A stretch of DNA of 63,896 bases, filler included. It is 6 parts of 6 records of this genome, joined end to end, with 100 filler letters (N's around TTAATTAATTAA, not from the genome) between each part and the next. Parts side by side here need not be neighbours in the genome. Positions count along the whole stretch, not along the records: positions 42,456 to 51,039 come from SRR20825010_5201; positions 51,140 to 59,948 come from SRR20825010_5217; 4 more parts are not named here. One strand, given 5' to 3'. The notes below the pieces were generated by a model. The model worked only from the letters and a program-made list of their open reading frames with translations, ran no database searches and had not been told where the DNA came from. Below, in pieces: positions 49,353 to 60,048 of this stretch (position 1 is the stretch's first letter; each line of letters opens with the position of its first letter). A program made the translations under genes and the position numbers.

Positions 49353-50840
49353 TTAGCGCCATACCACAGGTGAGAAAAAGCGCATCTTGAGATCCTTTTT
49401 ACTACAAGTGGTTGCTGGAATTTGATCGGGGAAAGTTCCGCCAATAAAATGGCGGATGTCTCTTAGCACACAGTCGAGCTGGGTGTGCACCACGTGGCCT
49501 AAAGTTTCGTATTGCAGCGTGCTGATATTGGCATCTGACGGGAAGGCTGCGGCGATCACTGGGGCTGGTGTCACAGGGTCTAAACCGCCACTAAGGACCA
49601 ATGTCTTCATTCGTGGGGCTGGATAGCTGGTTAGCGACGACGGCGATATTATATTAAGAGCCTGACATACAAATTGCTGACGCCATGCGAGATAGTCTAG
49701 GAATGGCGATAGTTCTGGAGCTTCGACTTTATCCGCTTCAAGGGCGCTATACCAATCGCCAAGAGGCAATTCACTGCACCTGACAGAGTGATGAAAACCT
49801 ATATTGAGGCTGCTACCGGGACGCAAAAGCTGACTTAACAACAGGCCGAATCTTTTCTTCAAACCCTCGTCGTTTGGTGCTGCCGCGATATACGGCATCA
49901 ACTCTGCCCTTTCCGCAGATCTCAGTGCCATAAAAGTCGTTATAAAAAGCTGTTCCTGCGTTGGGCGTGCATAAGCCACAACTTCGCGGGTATAAAGGTC
50001 CTTGAGTTCGAGTGGTTCAACATCTTCTCGGTCAAATACTGATATGATCTCGGGTAAGCGCTCCTCAAGGCGCAATCGTTTTGCGGGGCATCGGTATTGG
50101 TCACGACACAGTTCACTCAAGACCCTAAGCGCGTGCTTGAAGTTTCGTCCGGTATGCCAGAACGCGGGCACCCAAGGTGTTTCAGGTGAATCTAGGATCA
50201 GCTTTGAAATGCCAGCCTCGTCCATTGTAGCCAAGGTGACTGCCAATCGTCCGCCATACGATTCGGCGAATACGATCCAGGCATCTAGACCCAGCTCCTC
50301 TCGAAGCTTCTTGAGGTTACGCGCTTGTTCCGGGGTTGAGATTGTAGCCTGAAGAGCTGGTGTTATCTTCACTTGCTGCAAGCAAGCCTCAAGGCGGGCC
50401 TGTTGAAGTGCGCGGGTATAGAAAACAGCATTTTCAGGTGTTGTTGCGATCCCGCGCTGCGCGTCATCCATATCTGTTTGGCTACACTCAAGGTCAGCGA
50501 CGCTGTTCGCGGGATCTGGTAGCAGCACGGTACGGCCAAGCCTATTTGCTATCAACGCCATGTGATTGATATGGACGTTGCCCTTACTGCCTGGCCCACC
50601 CAGCAGGTATAAAACGGGCGGCAGGGATACGGATATGTCCTCTGTCGGATGAATCACGTAGAGTTTCGTATCACCATCTGACCAGATACATAAATCAGTT
50701 GTCGCTGAACCTTGCAAAAAAACCTGCGAACAATGCTCTGGCTTTTCTGTTTCAGGTTGCGCCCAAACGGCCGTAGTGAGCATAAGGAATTGAACGAGGA
50801 GGACGAGGGAAACCAGCGCTGACGTTATAAGTTTCTTCAT
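49353..50840 (-). CDS. Exported alpha/beta hydrolase (S33/TAP-like)
   Basis: Signal peptide; LLGGPG, FAESYGG, GGLDPVTP, LGHVV. Confidence 0.75.
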   Translation of the reverse strand: MKKLITSALVSLVLLVQFLMLTTAVWAQPETEKPEHCSQVFLQGSATTDLCIWSDGDTKLYVIHPTEDISVSLPPVLYLLGGPGSKGNVHINHMALIANRLGRTVLLPDPANSVADLECSQTDMDDAQRGIATTPENAVFYTRALQQARLEACLQQVKITPALQATISTPEQARNLKKLREELGLDAWIVFAESYGGRLAVTLATMDEAGISKLILDSPETPWVPAFWHTGRNFKHALRVLSELCRDQYRCPAKRLRLEERLPEIISVFDREDVEPLELKDLYTREVVAYARPTQEQLFITTFMALRSAERAELMPYIAAAPNDEGLKKRFGLLLSQLLRPGSSLNIGFHHSVRCSELPLGDWYSALEADKVEAPELSPFLDYLAWRQQFVCQALNIISPSSLTSYPAPRMKTLVLSGGLDPVTPAPVIAAAFPSDANISTLQYETLGHVVHTQLDCVLRDIRHFIGGTFPDQIPATTCSKKDLKMRFFSPVVWR

Positions 50841-50933
50841 AGTTTTCAGCCTATTCTTCTTTTACCGAAAGCGCAATTTTCAGTATACAAAACAAGGCCG
50901 TCAGAAAAATTTCATTTTCTATGACACTTTTGC

Positions 50934-50962
50934 TTGACGGTCTGGAATGATGGCCCTATGGT
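50934..50962 (+). promoter_or_regulatory. Sigma70 promoter of tRNA-Lys
   Basis: TTGACG-17 bp-TATGGT followed by GC-rich discriminator CCGCCGC. Confidence 0.7.
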
Positions 50963-51004
50963 CCGCCGCGTTCCCCGGGATACCCCGAGAAACCACTAAA
51001 AAGT

Positions 51005-51039
51005 GGGCCCGTAGCTCAGCTGGTAGAGCAACTGACTTT
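51005..51039 (+). tRNA. tRNA-Lys(TTT), 5' half truncated by contig end
   Basis: GGGCCCGTAGCTCAGCTGGTAGAGCAACTGACTTT. Confidence 0.88.
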
Positions 51040-51139
51040 NNNNNNNNNNNNNNNNNNNNNNNNNNNNNNNNNNNNNNNNNNNNTTAATTAATTAANNNNN
51101 NNNNNNNNNNNNNNNNNNNNNNNNNNNNNNNNNNNNNNN
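51040..51139. other. Artificial contig spacer
   Basis: N44-TTAATTAATTAA-N44. Confidence 0.99.
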
Positions 51140-51340
51140 CATCATCGGATAGACCATCGCCCAGATCAGCACAGCGACAACCAAGTTGATGTTGGCGACC
51201 TCGGCCGCCGCAATAGCCTGCACCAACCCAGGGGCCAGCGCGCCAATCGCCAACCCGGCGATCATGGCCAGCGCGACCCACAAGGTCAGATAGCGTTCAA
51301 AGGTACCAAGGGCACTGGCAGAGGGGGTCGTATCAGTCAT
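51140..51340 (-). CDS. acr3: Acr3 arsenite efflux permease, N-terminal fragment
   Basis: [11 protein letters not shown] and [13 protein letters not shown]; coupled to arsR. Confidence 0.9.
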
Positions 51341-51708
51341 ATTTCGGTTTCCCTGGGTCGTATCTTGCAGTTAGCGGTGGATGGGCAAGCGATCTGGTCA
51401 AGGACGGGTTGGCACAGTTCCGCCCGCCCGCCGCAGCAATCCTCCATCAAAAAGGACAGCAACGTGCGCATCCCGTCCATATTGGCAAAATACCGGACCG
51501 ATCGGCCTTCGCGCTGTGAGGTGACAAGGCCGGCTGCAGACAGGATGGTGAGGTTGTTGGACAGCGTGTTCGGGCGAATTTGCAACGTCTTGGCAATTTG
51601 ACCGGCGGCGACACCGTCGGCCCCGGCCCGGATCAACAGGCGGAAAACATCAATCCGCATGTCGTGGGCAAGTGCGGCGAGGCTAGAGATTGCGGCTATC
51701 TTTTCCAT
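51337..51708 (-). CDS. arsR: ArsR/SmtB repressor
   Basis: [25 protein letters not shown]-terminal [11 protein letters not shown]. Confidence 0.9.
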   Translation of the reverse strand: MEKIAAISSLAALAHDMRIDVFRLLIRAGADGVAAGQIAKTLQIRPNTLSNNLTILSAAGLVTSQREGRSVRYFANMDGMRTLLSFLMEDCCGGRAELCQPVLDQIACPSTANCKIRPRETEI

Positions 51709-51957
51709 ATTTCATGTATAATGGAATTGATGATCGTAGCAAGACCCCGAATGGCCGCGCATGGCAGTCATGTCACCACAGAAAACCCGGACTGCACTGC
51801 GCGTCCCATTTCGCCTGTTCCGATGGCGATCCCATGATCTTGGACGTCCCCCATATGCGGAACTCATGGAGGCGCCCAAAACAACACCGACTATAGGCGC
51901 GTCGCCAAGCCTGCCTGTCCGTGCTTAACTTTCGCAGCAAATTTTTGGACGGAAGAC

Positions 51958-53718
51958 ATGATAACACGTCATCACGTCGAGGAAATAGAACGCGTTCTGG
52001 AAGGGCGCACCACGGGACGCGACCGTCAGGTTGCTGACTCGTGGAAGCGATGCGTCGAGATCTATGGCATGGACCCAGCGCGGACGGATCCAGCGCATAT
52101 CGTTACCGAAACCGAACTCAAAGAGCACCGCATGCAGGCGGAGCGGCTGATTTCCTCTGCACGATCCGGGTTGCAAAACCTGTTCCGACAGGTGGCCCGT
52201 CAAAACTACACCGTGCTTCTGACCGACGCCAAAGGCGTCTGTGTCGACTTCTTCGGCGATCCCGAATTTGAGCGAGAACTGCGCACCTCCGGGCTGTTTA
52301 TGGGCGCGCATTGGGCCGAGGATCTGACCGGAACCTCTGCCGCCGGGGCCTGTATCGTCACCGGAGAGCCCGTGACCATTCATCAGGATGACCATTTCGG
52401 CAACGCCCATACGGCCCTGTCCTGCACTGCTGCCCCGATCTATGACAGTATGGGCCAACTGGCGGCCGTGCTGGACATTTCACTGCTGCAATCCCCCTCT
52501 CCAAAGTCCAGCCAGAACCTTGCGATGAGCCTGGTGACCGCCTCGGCACGTCGGGTCGAAATGGCCAACCTGATGGCGCAAAGTCGGCGGGACTGGGTGC
52601 TGCGCTTGTCTGCCAGCCCTGAATTTCTGGATGTCGACCCCGAGGCCGCGCTGGCACTGGATGGATCGGGGCGGATCATCGGGTTTACCCGTGCCGCCGA
52701 CATGCTGTTCAGGGGCGAAACCGGCTCTTTGCTGGGACAGAGGATCGATTCCATTCTGGATCTTTCGGTCGACGATCTGCCCGATCTAATGCGGGACCGT
52801 CCGACCGAAGACCGGGTGGTCAATATCCGCGAGGGTGGCGCGCTGTTCGGTCATGCCATCGCGCCCAAAGCGCCCAGATCGCCGGGGCCTTTGACCGGGC
52901 GACAACGCCAGAGCGGGGGCGCACTGGGCGGTCTGGCGGGCCCGGATCCAGTGATGCAGCGTCTGTTGAAACAGGCTGAACGACTGGCGGTGACGGATGT
53001 GCCCCTACTGCTGACCGGAGAAACCGGAACCGGCAAGACAAGGCTGGCGCGCGCGATCCACGTCACAGCCGGCCCGGACCGCCGCTTGGTGACCGTCGAA
53101 TGCGCGGCGCAAACCGCTGGCCGTCTGATCGAAACACTTGGGCCGCCGGGCCCGACCCTTGCCACAGTACTTCTGCGCCGCATCGAAGACCTGCCCCCAG
53201 ATGCGCAAGCATTGTTGCCGTCGCTTCTGGACGAGCGACCCGGTTTGCGCACGGTTGCCACGTCCTGCGTTGATCTGGGGCAAATGATCCGCGACGGATC
53301 TTTTCACAAACCGCTGTTCTATCGCCTGTCTGGTGCTCCACTTGCCTTGCCACCGCTGCGAAAACGGCAGGATCTGGGATGGTTGGTCGACCGACTTCTG
53401 CGCCGCCGCGCTCCTGATGACCTGCGCCTGTCACCCGCTGCGCGGGCTGATCTGACCGGTCGCGTCTGGCCCGGCAACCTGCATGAGCTGGAACGCGTTC
53501 TGGATGCCGCCATCGCCCTCCGGGACGGCGATGTGATCGACCTACCCGATTTACCCCCTCCGGCCACGGATGTCAGCGCGCCCACCGGCGGCGACTCTCT
53601 GGAGGAGGTGCTAAATGCTTGCGGATGGAACATGGCGCAGGCTGCCCGGCGGCTGGGTGTCAATCGGTCAACCGTATTGCGCCGAATGCGCCGCGCCGGT
53701 CTGATCGCACCTGCCTGA
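51958..53718 (+). CDS. GAF-PAS-AAA-Fis (AcoR-like) transcriptional regulator with degenerate AAA domain
   Basis: SWKRC, CTAAPIYD GAF; GETGTGKT; WPGNLHEL; Fis HTH; GAFTGA absent. Confidence 0.88.
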   Translation: MITRHHVEEIERVLEGRTTGRDRQVADSWKRCVEIYGMDPARTDPAHIVTETELKEHRMQAERLISSARSGLQNLFRQVARQNYTVLLTDAKGVCVDFFGDPEFERELRTSGLFMGAHWAEDLTGTSAAGACIVTGEPVTIHQDDHFGNAHTALSCTAAPIYDSMGQLAAVLDISLLQSPSPKSSQNLAMSLVTASARRVEMANLMAQSRRDWVLRLSASPEFLDVDPEAALALDGSGRIIGFTRAADMLFRGETGSLLGQRIDSILDLSVDDLPDLMRDRPTEDRVVNIREGGALFGHAIAPKAPRSPGPLTGRQRQSGGALGGLAGPDPVMQRLLKQAERLAVTDVPLLLTGETGTGKTRLARAIHVTAGPDRRLVTVECAAQTAGRLIETLGPPGPTLATVLLRRIEDLPPDAQALLPSLLDERPGLRTVATSCVDLGQMIRDGSFHKPLFYRLSGAPLALPPLRKRQDLGWLVDRLLRRRAPDDLRLSPAARADLTGRVWPGNLHELERVLDAAIALRDGDVIDLPDLPPPATDVSAPTGGDSLEEVLNACGWNMAQAARRLGVNRSTVLRRMRRAGLIAPA

Positions 53719-53733
53719 TTGCGGATGTTGCAC

Positions 53734-53753
53734 GACGTTGCGCGCGCAACGTC
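53734..53753. promoter_or_regulatory. Perfect 20-bp palindrome, putative operator/UAS
   Basis: GACGTTGCGCGCGCAACGTC, 110 bp upstream of the monooxygenase start. Confidence 0.55.
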
Positions 53754-53863
53754 TGCCCCGCTTTTCTCACGCTGCATCTGAAAATTCGGCCCGTCGCTGT
53801 AGCGCGACGGGACAGTCCTGCCGGATAGTCCTGCATCAGAGGCGCGAATGAGGAGGAGACGCG

Positions 53864-55663
53864 ATGCTCGATACCACAGTGACGACCCGCACGCAGGAGG
53901 TGCTGGACACTTTGAACGCGGCATTTGCCGCTGAAGACGTGGACCGGATCAAGGCGCAGTTTGCAACCGACAGCTATTGGCGCGATCTGGTTGCCTTTAC
54001 ATGGAACCTCAAGACGGCCGAGGGCCCAGATGACATCGGTGCGATGCTGCACAGCCAATTGGCGACAGTCAAACCCGAAAACTTTCAGCTGCAAGACGGT
54101 GAGATCCCCACGGAGGAGGGCGGGATCACCACAGCGTGGATCACGTTTGAAACCGCGACAGGACGCGGTTGGGGCCTGATGCGCCTGAAAGACGAACGCA
54201 TCTGGACGCTGCTGACCGCCTTGCAGGAACTCAAGGGGTTTGAGGAACCGCGCGGTAAACGCCGCCCGATGGGGGCGAAACACGGGGCGGGCAAAAACCG
54301 CACCACGTGGAAAGAGGAAAGAGAGGCTGAGGCCGCGAGCCTTGGCTATGACACCCAGCCCTACACCGTGATCATCGGCGGCGGTCAGGGCGGCATCGCC
54401 TTGGGCGCACGGCTGCGCCAACTTGGCGTGCCGACAATCGTTTTGGACAAGCACGACCGTCCCGGCGACCAATGGCGCAACCGCTATAAATCGCTTAGCC
54501 TGCATGACCCTGTCTGGTACGATCACCTGCCCTATCTTAAGTTTCCCGACAACTGGCCGGTTTTCACCCCCAAGGACAAGGTCGGTGATTGGCTGGAAAT
54601 GTACACCAAGGTGATGGAGCTGAACTATTGGGCTCGGTCCGAAGTGACCAAAGCCAGTTTTGACGAGGCCGCCAACAAATGGACCATCGAGGTTAATCGT
54701 GACGGCGAAAAAGTGGTGTTGAAACCGACGCAACTGGTGCTTGCGACCGGCATGTCGGGCAAGGCCTTTGTGCCAGAGTTCGCGGGCATGGAAAGCTTCG
54801 CCGGCACGATCCAGCATTCCTCGCAACACGACGGGCCGGATGCCTGGACCGGCAAAAAGGTGGTCGTCATTGGTTCCAACAATTCGGCGCATGATATCTG
54901 TGCCGCGCTGTGGGAACACGATGTCGATGTAACGATGGTTCAGCGGTCCTCGACCCATATCGTGCGGTCAGAAACGTTGATGGAGATCGGGCTTGGCGCG
55001 CTGTATTCCGAGGAAGCTGTGGCCAATGGTGTGACCACCGAAAAGGCGGATATGATCTTTGCCTCTTTGCCCTACCGCATCATGCATGAATTCCAGATCC
55101 CCGTATACGACCAGATCCGCGAGCGCGACGCAGAGTTCTACGCCGGACTGGAAAAGGCCGGGTTTGAGCATGACTGGGGCGACGATGGTTCGGGCTTGTT
55201 CATGAAATACCTGCGTCGGGCGTCGGGATACTACATCGACGTCGGCGCAAGCCAGTTGATCATTGATGGCGAGATAAAGCTGACTCATGGACAGGTCGAT
55301 CACTTCGAGGCGGATGCTGTCGTTCTTGCAGATGGCACCCGGTTGGAAGCTGATCTGGTGGTGATGGCAACGGGCTACGGATCAATGAACGGGTGGGCCG
55401 CCGACCTCATCAGTCAGGACGTCGCGGACAAGATTGGCAAGGTTTGGGGGCTGGGATCGGACACCACCAAAGACCCCGGTCCGTGGGAAGGTGAGCAGCG
55501 CAACATGTGGAAGCCGACTCAGCAGCAGAACCTATGGATGCACGGCGGCAACCTGCACCAATCGCGGCATTATTCGTTATATTTGGCCTTGCAATTGAAA
55601 GCGCGGCTAGAGGGGCTGGAAACGCCGGTCTACGGTCTACAAGAGGTGCATCATTTAAGCTGA
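53864..55663 (+). CDS. Flavin-containing monooxygenase with N-terminal SnoaL-like extension (type II FMO-like)
   Basis: YWRDLVAFTWN, GGGQGG, WRNRYKSLSLHDP, FAGTIQHSSQH, GSNNSAHD, ATGY; AGGAGG RBS. Confidence 0.9.
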   Translation: MLDTTVTTRTQEVLDTLNAAFAAEDVDRIKAQFATDSYWRDLVAFTWNLKTAEGPDDIGAMLHSQLATVKPENFQLQDGEIPTEEGGITTAWITFETATGRGWGLMRLKDERIWTLLTALQELKGFEEPRGKRRPMGAKHGAGKNRTTWKEEREAEAASLGYDTQPYTVIIGGGQGGIALGARLRQLGVPTIVLDKHDRPGDQWRNRYKSLSLHDPVWYDHLPYLKFPDNWPVFTPKDKVGDWLEMYTKVMELNYWARSEVTKASFDEAANKWTIEVNRDGEKVVLKPTQLVLATGMSGKAFVPEFAGMESFAGTIQHSSQHDGPDAWTGKKVVVIGSNNSAHDICAALWEHDVDVTMVQRSSTHIVRSETLMEIGLGALYSEEAVANGVTTEKADMIFASLPYRIMHEFQIPVYDQIRERDAEFYAGLEKAGFEHDWGDDGSGLFMKYLRRASGYYIDVGASQLIIDGEIKLTHGQVDHFEADAVVLADGTRLEADLVVMATGYGSMNGWAADLISQDVADKIGKVWGLGSDTTKDPGPWEGEQRNMWKPTQQQNLWMHGGNLHQSRHYSLYLALQLKARLEGLETPVYGLQEVHHLS

Positions 55664-55665
55664 CG

Positions 55666-55703
55666 CATAAATCGCCCCGGGTCAAAACCCGGGGCGATTT
55701 ATG
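55666..55703. terminator. Terminator hairpin
   Basis: 17-bp perfect stem CATAAATCGCCCCGGGT/ACCCGGGGCGATTTATG. Confidence 0.75.
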
Positions 55704-55741
55704 TTGCCCCTGTCACCAGGGGTCAGCATTTCAGGACAAAC

Positions 55742-58094
55742 TTGGGCCTTCCGCAACATTACGTTCCGACCAAAACTGCGTCCTTTTCAGCGGTCAGTTT
55801 ATGCGCCGCTCGGCCGGGGGTTGCCCCCAACGGGGCAATGAGACGGAAAAAGACCCGCGTCAGGAACAGGGTGAAGATGGTAGCAAAGCCAACCCGCCGA
55901 CAACTGTCGACACCGCCGTCATCATCACCGGGCGCAGGCGCACCGCACCGCATCGCGGATTGGGCTGTCCAGATCACGGCCCTGCTCCCGCAACTGATTG
56001 GCAAACTCGACATTCAGAATACCGTTCTTGGCCATGATCCCGATCAGAATCACAAGGCCAATCTGACTGTAGTAGTTGAGCGTCCCGCCTGTCAGCCAGA
56101 TCGCTAGCACCGCCGCGCCTAGCCCAAAGGGCACAGTCAGCATGATGACTACCGCAGAGGCAAAGCTTTCGAATTGGGCTGCCAGCACCAGCAGAACAAC
56201 AACAAGCGCGATACCAAAGACCATGGCCGTGCCGGATTGCGCATCTTCCAGCGTCACCGCCTCGCCGCGAAAGACAAAGCGCACATCGTTGGACAGGGCC
56301 TCTGCGGCCAGTACCTCGGCGCGCGCGGCGGCACCCCCAGACTGACACCAGCGCCCAGATTGGCCTCGCCCGGAACCGCGCGGGCAAGGCTGGACACGGT
56401 TGAGGTCGGTCTCAGTGTCACAACGGCTGAAAGGGGCACAAAGGCACGGTCCTTACTGCGGATCCAGACGTTCTCAATGTCTGACGCGTCCCGGATCGGT
56501 TTGCCGCCGAGCACGAGTCGAACATCCGTTTCCTCACCCTCGACAAAGACCTCTGTTGCTGCAATGCCCTGAGTCAGCGTGTTGATTGTTGTTGCAATGC
56601 TGGCGGGCGACAGACCAAGTTCCGTCGCCATTTCCCGGTCGATTTCAACGTTCAAAAGCGGCGTGGTCGCGTCATAGGACAGGTTCGGGTTTGAAAAGGC
56701 GGGATCCGCCTTCATCGCTGCGACAAGCGCGTCGCCCTCGGCGGCAAGGCGGGTACAGTCGTTGCCCAATAAGGCAAACTGCAACCCCCGCCCGGCGCCA
56801 CGGATACCCAGACTGTTGGGCGAAATCGCGAAGACAGAGATGCCGGGAAAGGTGCTTAACCTTGGGTTCAGTTCGGCTAGAATTTCTTGCTGTCTGCGGT
56901 CGTGGTCCTCCCAATCGGTAAGGCGCATAATGACCGTCGCGCTGGACGTTCCGCCCCGGCGGATCAGCGTTTGCACGGCTGCGATCTCTCCGCTGTCAAC
57001 ATAGGGCTGCAAAAAGCCTCGACCTTTTGCATCTGCTCGTCCTTGAAAGACAGGCTTGCAGCCGACGGCGCAGTGCCGCGAATGAAAAATGCGCCGCGGT
57101 CCTCGACCGGGGTCAGCGTCGACGACAGATTTGAATAGGTGCCAAACGACACGATGGCGACGGCGGCGCCGATCGCGATGGCTGGCGCGGCAAGCACCAG
57201 CGCCAACGTCTGCGCAACAAAAGACGACAGCAACACGCAGAACGTGAACACAAACCCAAATTCGGAAAAGATCCCCCCTGCCTGCCCCGGCAAAAGCGAA
57301 AACGGGATAGACACTGCTGCAAGCGTTGCAGTGGTCAAATTACGGCGAAAAACACCTCATTTGTGCCGCTGGCCGCAGCACGCGTGCGCCTATACCCTAA
57401 TGGCGACGGCGCACGATGTTTACGATCACGACGATGGCGTCATCCACCACCATACCGGTCGCCAGAACCAACGCTAACAATGTGATGTTGTTGCAAGTGA
57501 GGGCAGCGGTACTCCGATCGGGAATTCATTCGCTTGGGCACCTGCCACCTGAACTTCCGCCATGCCTGCGAATGACGAAAGCCGCTCGGTGATCAGACTC
57601 TCGGCCATGTCCGTCAAATCCTTCATCGACGCATCTCCCATGAGGGCGAGGCGGATGATGGGGGCGGCGTCAGAATCGTTCTTTGTGACTGTTGGGTCGT
57701 CGATCCCTTCGGGCAGTTGCCGTTCTTCGGTGCGGGTCAGGATTTCACTGACCTCGCTGGCAGCGATATTGATATCGGTGCCGTCGTTGAGATCAATCGT
57801 CAGCCTGCTGTGACCATAGCTGGAAGAGGCCGAAACAGATTTCATAACATCAAGCTGCCCCAAAACGTCCTCAATGACTGCAGTGTCCTCGGCATCGACC
57901 GTTTCCAGCGCGGTGCCATCCCATGTTACCGTGACAGACAGCACAGGTTGATCAACATCGGGCATTTCGCGCGCTTCGACGCCGTTCAGTGCCGCAAACC
58001 CGGCGAAGGCGGTCAGAAGGTTCAGCACAATGGCCAGCACGGGACGCGCGACAAATGTATCGGCAATCCCGCTGCGGATCTGTTGAGTGGACAT
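55742..58094 (-). pseudogene. Degraded AcrB/MdtB-like RND permease
   Basis: Fragments in several frames (FVARPVLAIVLNL; PVEDRG; LAAQFESF..YSQIGLVILIGIMAKNGIL); about 2.35 kb versus about 3.1 kb expected. Confidence 0.85.
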
Positions 58095-58876
58095 CAGTTC
58101 ACGCCCTTGGCAAGTGTGTCAGGGGTCCCCAATTGTGAGGCGTCAACAGCCGGGCTTTTGGCAGGTGGCGCACCCGCATCGGTTATGTCAGCGGGTCCAG
58201 AGGCACGTGGCCCGCCCCCAGTGACAACCACAGCCCCTTCGCGCAGCTTTTGAACGCCCTCGACAACCACTTACTGGCCCGGTTTCAGATCGGCCTCTAG
58301 CCAGACAGTATCGTTAGCTCGATGACGAATGGCAGCGCTGACAGTCTGGGCCTTGCCGTCTTCGACAACCCAGACCGACGCGCCCTCACGGCTCCACGTC
58401 AGGGCAACAGCAGGCACACTCGGCAACGGTGCATTGTCGCGCGATAGCACTACGTTAAAAATCGTGCCCGGCAGCATCAACCCTTCTGCATTGTTGGCCG
58501 TAGCACGAACCTTGATCGTGCGAGTGGTGCTGTCGATCTGCCGTTCGAACCCCTTCACGATCCCTTCGAAGACGCGCCCCGGCAAGGAGGCCGTCATCAA
58601 CCGGACCTTTTACCCTACCTGAACAACCGGCGCCGCGCGATCCGACAGACCAAACTCAACCGTCAGGACTGACTGGTCGGGGATCGTGACAACGGTGGCC
58701 CCGCCGCCACGGCGACCGCCACCCCCGCCGGGCCCAAGCGCACCAGACGTTGCCGATGCGCCAACGGGTCCGCTGGCCGCAGCCGCATCCACCTGTTCGC
58801 CGGGCATCCCAAAAGTCAGGACCCAAGCCAGCGCAATAATTGCCACCCCAACCAAGCTGAAGATAATCGTTTTCAT
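58094..58876 (-). pseudogene. Degraded RND membrane-fusion protein
   Basis: N-terminal anchor fragment 58610-58876; IDSTTRTIKVRA..LMLPG fragment; in-frame stop at 58271-58273 before VVVEGVQKLREG. Confidence 0.8.
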
Positions 58877-59164
58877 TCAATTTGGTCCGCAGAATTGCCA
58901 TGCCGGCGCCAATTGGCCACCAAGTGGTTTCTAGGAGCTCTACGCTAGACGGACAGGCTCCCGTCGCAGTAAGATGGCTTTCTTTGCCTCTTCCGCCGGA
59001 TTTTATTCTAGCGCGCGCAAAACGCGCAGAATTCCGCCACGATTACCCAAATCACTCGGACATTCTGTCTGCAGAGCATTTGTGGCCGGTGGGTGAAGTG
59101 AGACTATTGTGCTGCCTTGGGACAGCCGTAGGCGGGATGAGGACTACGCCCGTAGGTCAGCTCA

Positions 59165-59520
59165 TTGCTGGTTGCCCGAATGATCTTGCGAACGCTTTGC
59201 CGCAACTCATGCAAGTTCTGCTCGATAGGCGTCTTGTCGTATCAGCTTGCGCGGCGATCCTGGAAATCGTTCACGCACGCAAAATCCAAAACTATCGTCC
59301 GACGGCCAGGGAGTATGAAGCCCATCGATCTATGCCTGTCGTTTTGGACGTCGATTGACCCTTCTATGGGATCATTTTTGCTGGCTCACGCTTCTTCTCG
59401 GCGAAGACCAGCGATTAGGAAAATCATAGCTTTTGTTTTTGCCCGAAATTCGAAGAGGAGCGTAGCCACAGTTCGGGCACATGTGAGGAGCGAGTTCAGG
59501 AAGTCGTCTGCCTATTTCGG
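59165..59520 (+). pseudogene. Possible LuxR-type regulator remnant
   Basis: Only the segment KRSVATVRAHVRSEFRK resembles a LuxR HTH; boundaries uncertain. Confidence 0.35.
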
Positions 59521-59711
59521 TGGTCATGAGTGCTTGAATGTGGCGTCTCACCCAGCAAGAGACTGCCCGAAACAATCAGAGTTCCCAATGCGATAGAACC
59601 GGCGCTATAGACCAGAAAGGCGTCTGCCAAATTTAGTCCAAAAAACACATACCCGACAATGGCGGCGAACAAGCCAATGAAGCTACTGAGCATATAAATG
59701 ATTATCGCCAT
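59496..59711 (-). CDS. Small two-TM membrane protein (71 aa)
   Basis: AGGAGA RBS before ATG 59711; two hydrophobic helices. Confidence 0.6.
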   Translation of the reverse strand: MAIIIYMLSSFIGLFAAIVGYVFFGLNLADAFLVYSAGSIALGTLIVSGSLLLGETPHSSTHDHRNRQTTS

Positions 59712-59948
59712 CCTGCAGTCTCCTGTTCTGGTTGAAGCGGCTGTATTGTGGCGCCTATTTTGGTCCGAGCATCCATACGCTCTTGCACACGATCGAAGGA
59801 CAGGCGCACACGTTGTCCACGTCGTGCATTGGGAGTGATCGGCGTTCCGACGCAAACCCTCACGGATTGCAACGCCGCGAGGGCGCTCGCGTTCTCGCAG
59901 GTTTCGAGGTAGCTGTTTATGCCTGCTTCCAGCTCCGGCGGATAACCC

Positions 59949-60048
59949 NNNNNNNNNNNNNNNNNNNNNNNNNNNNNNNNNNNNNNNNNNNNTTAATTAA
60001 TTAANNNNNNNNNNNNNNNNNNNNNNNNNNNNNNNNNNNNNNNNNNNN
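59949..60048. other. Artificial contig spacer
   Basis: N44-TTAATTAATTAA-N44. Confidence 0.99.

Noticed and set aside
53660-54958. 432-aa minus-strand ORF
   Set aside because: Antisense shadow of the monooxygenase
59720-59948. Possible gene or IS end at the edge of contig 5
   Set aside because: Too short to assign; no recognisable inverted repeat or motif
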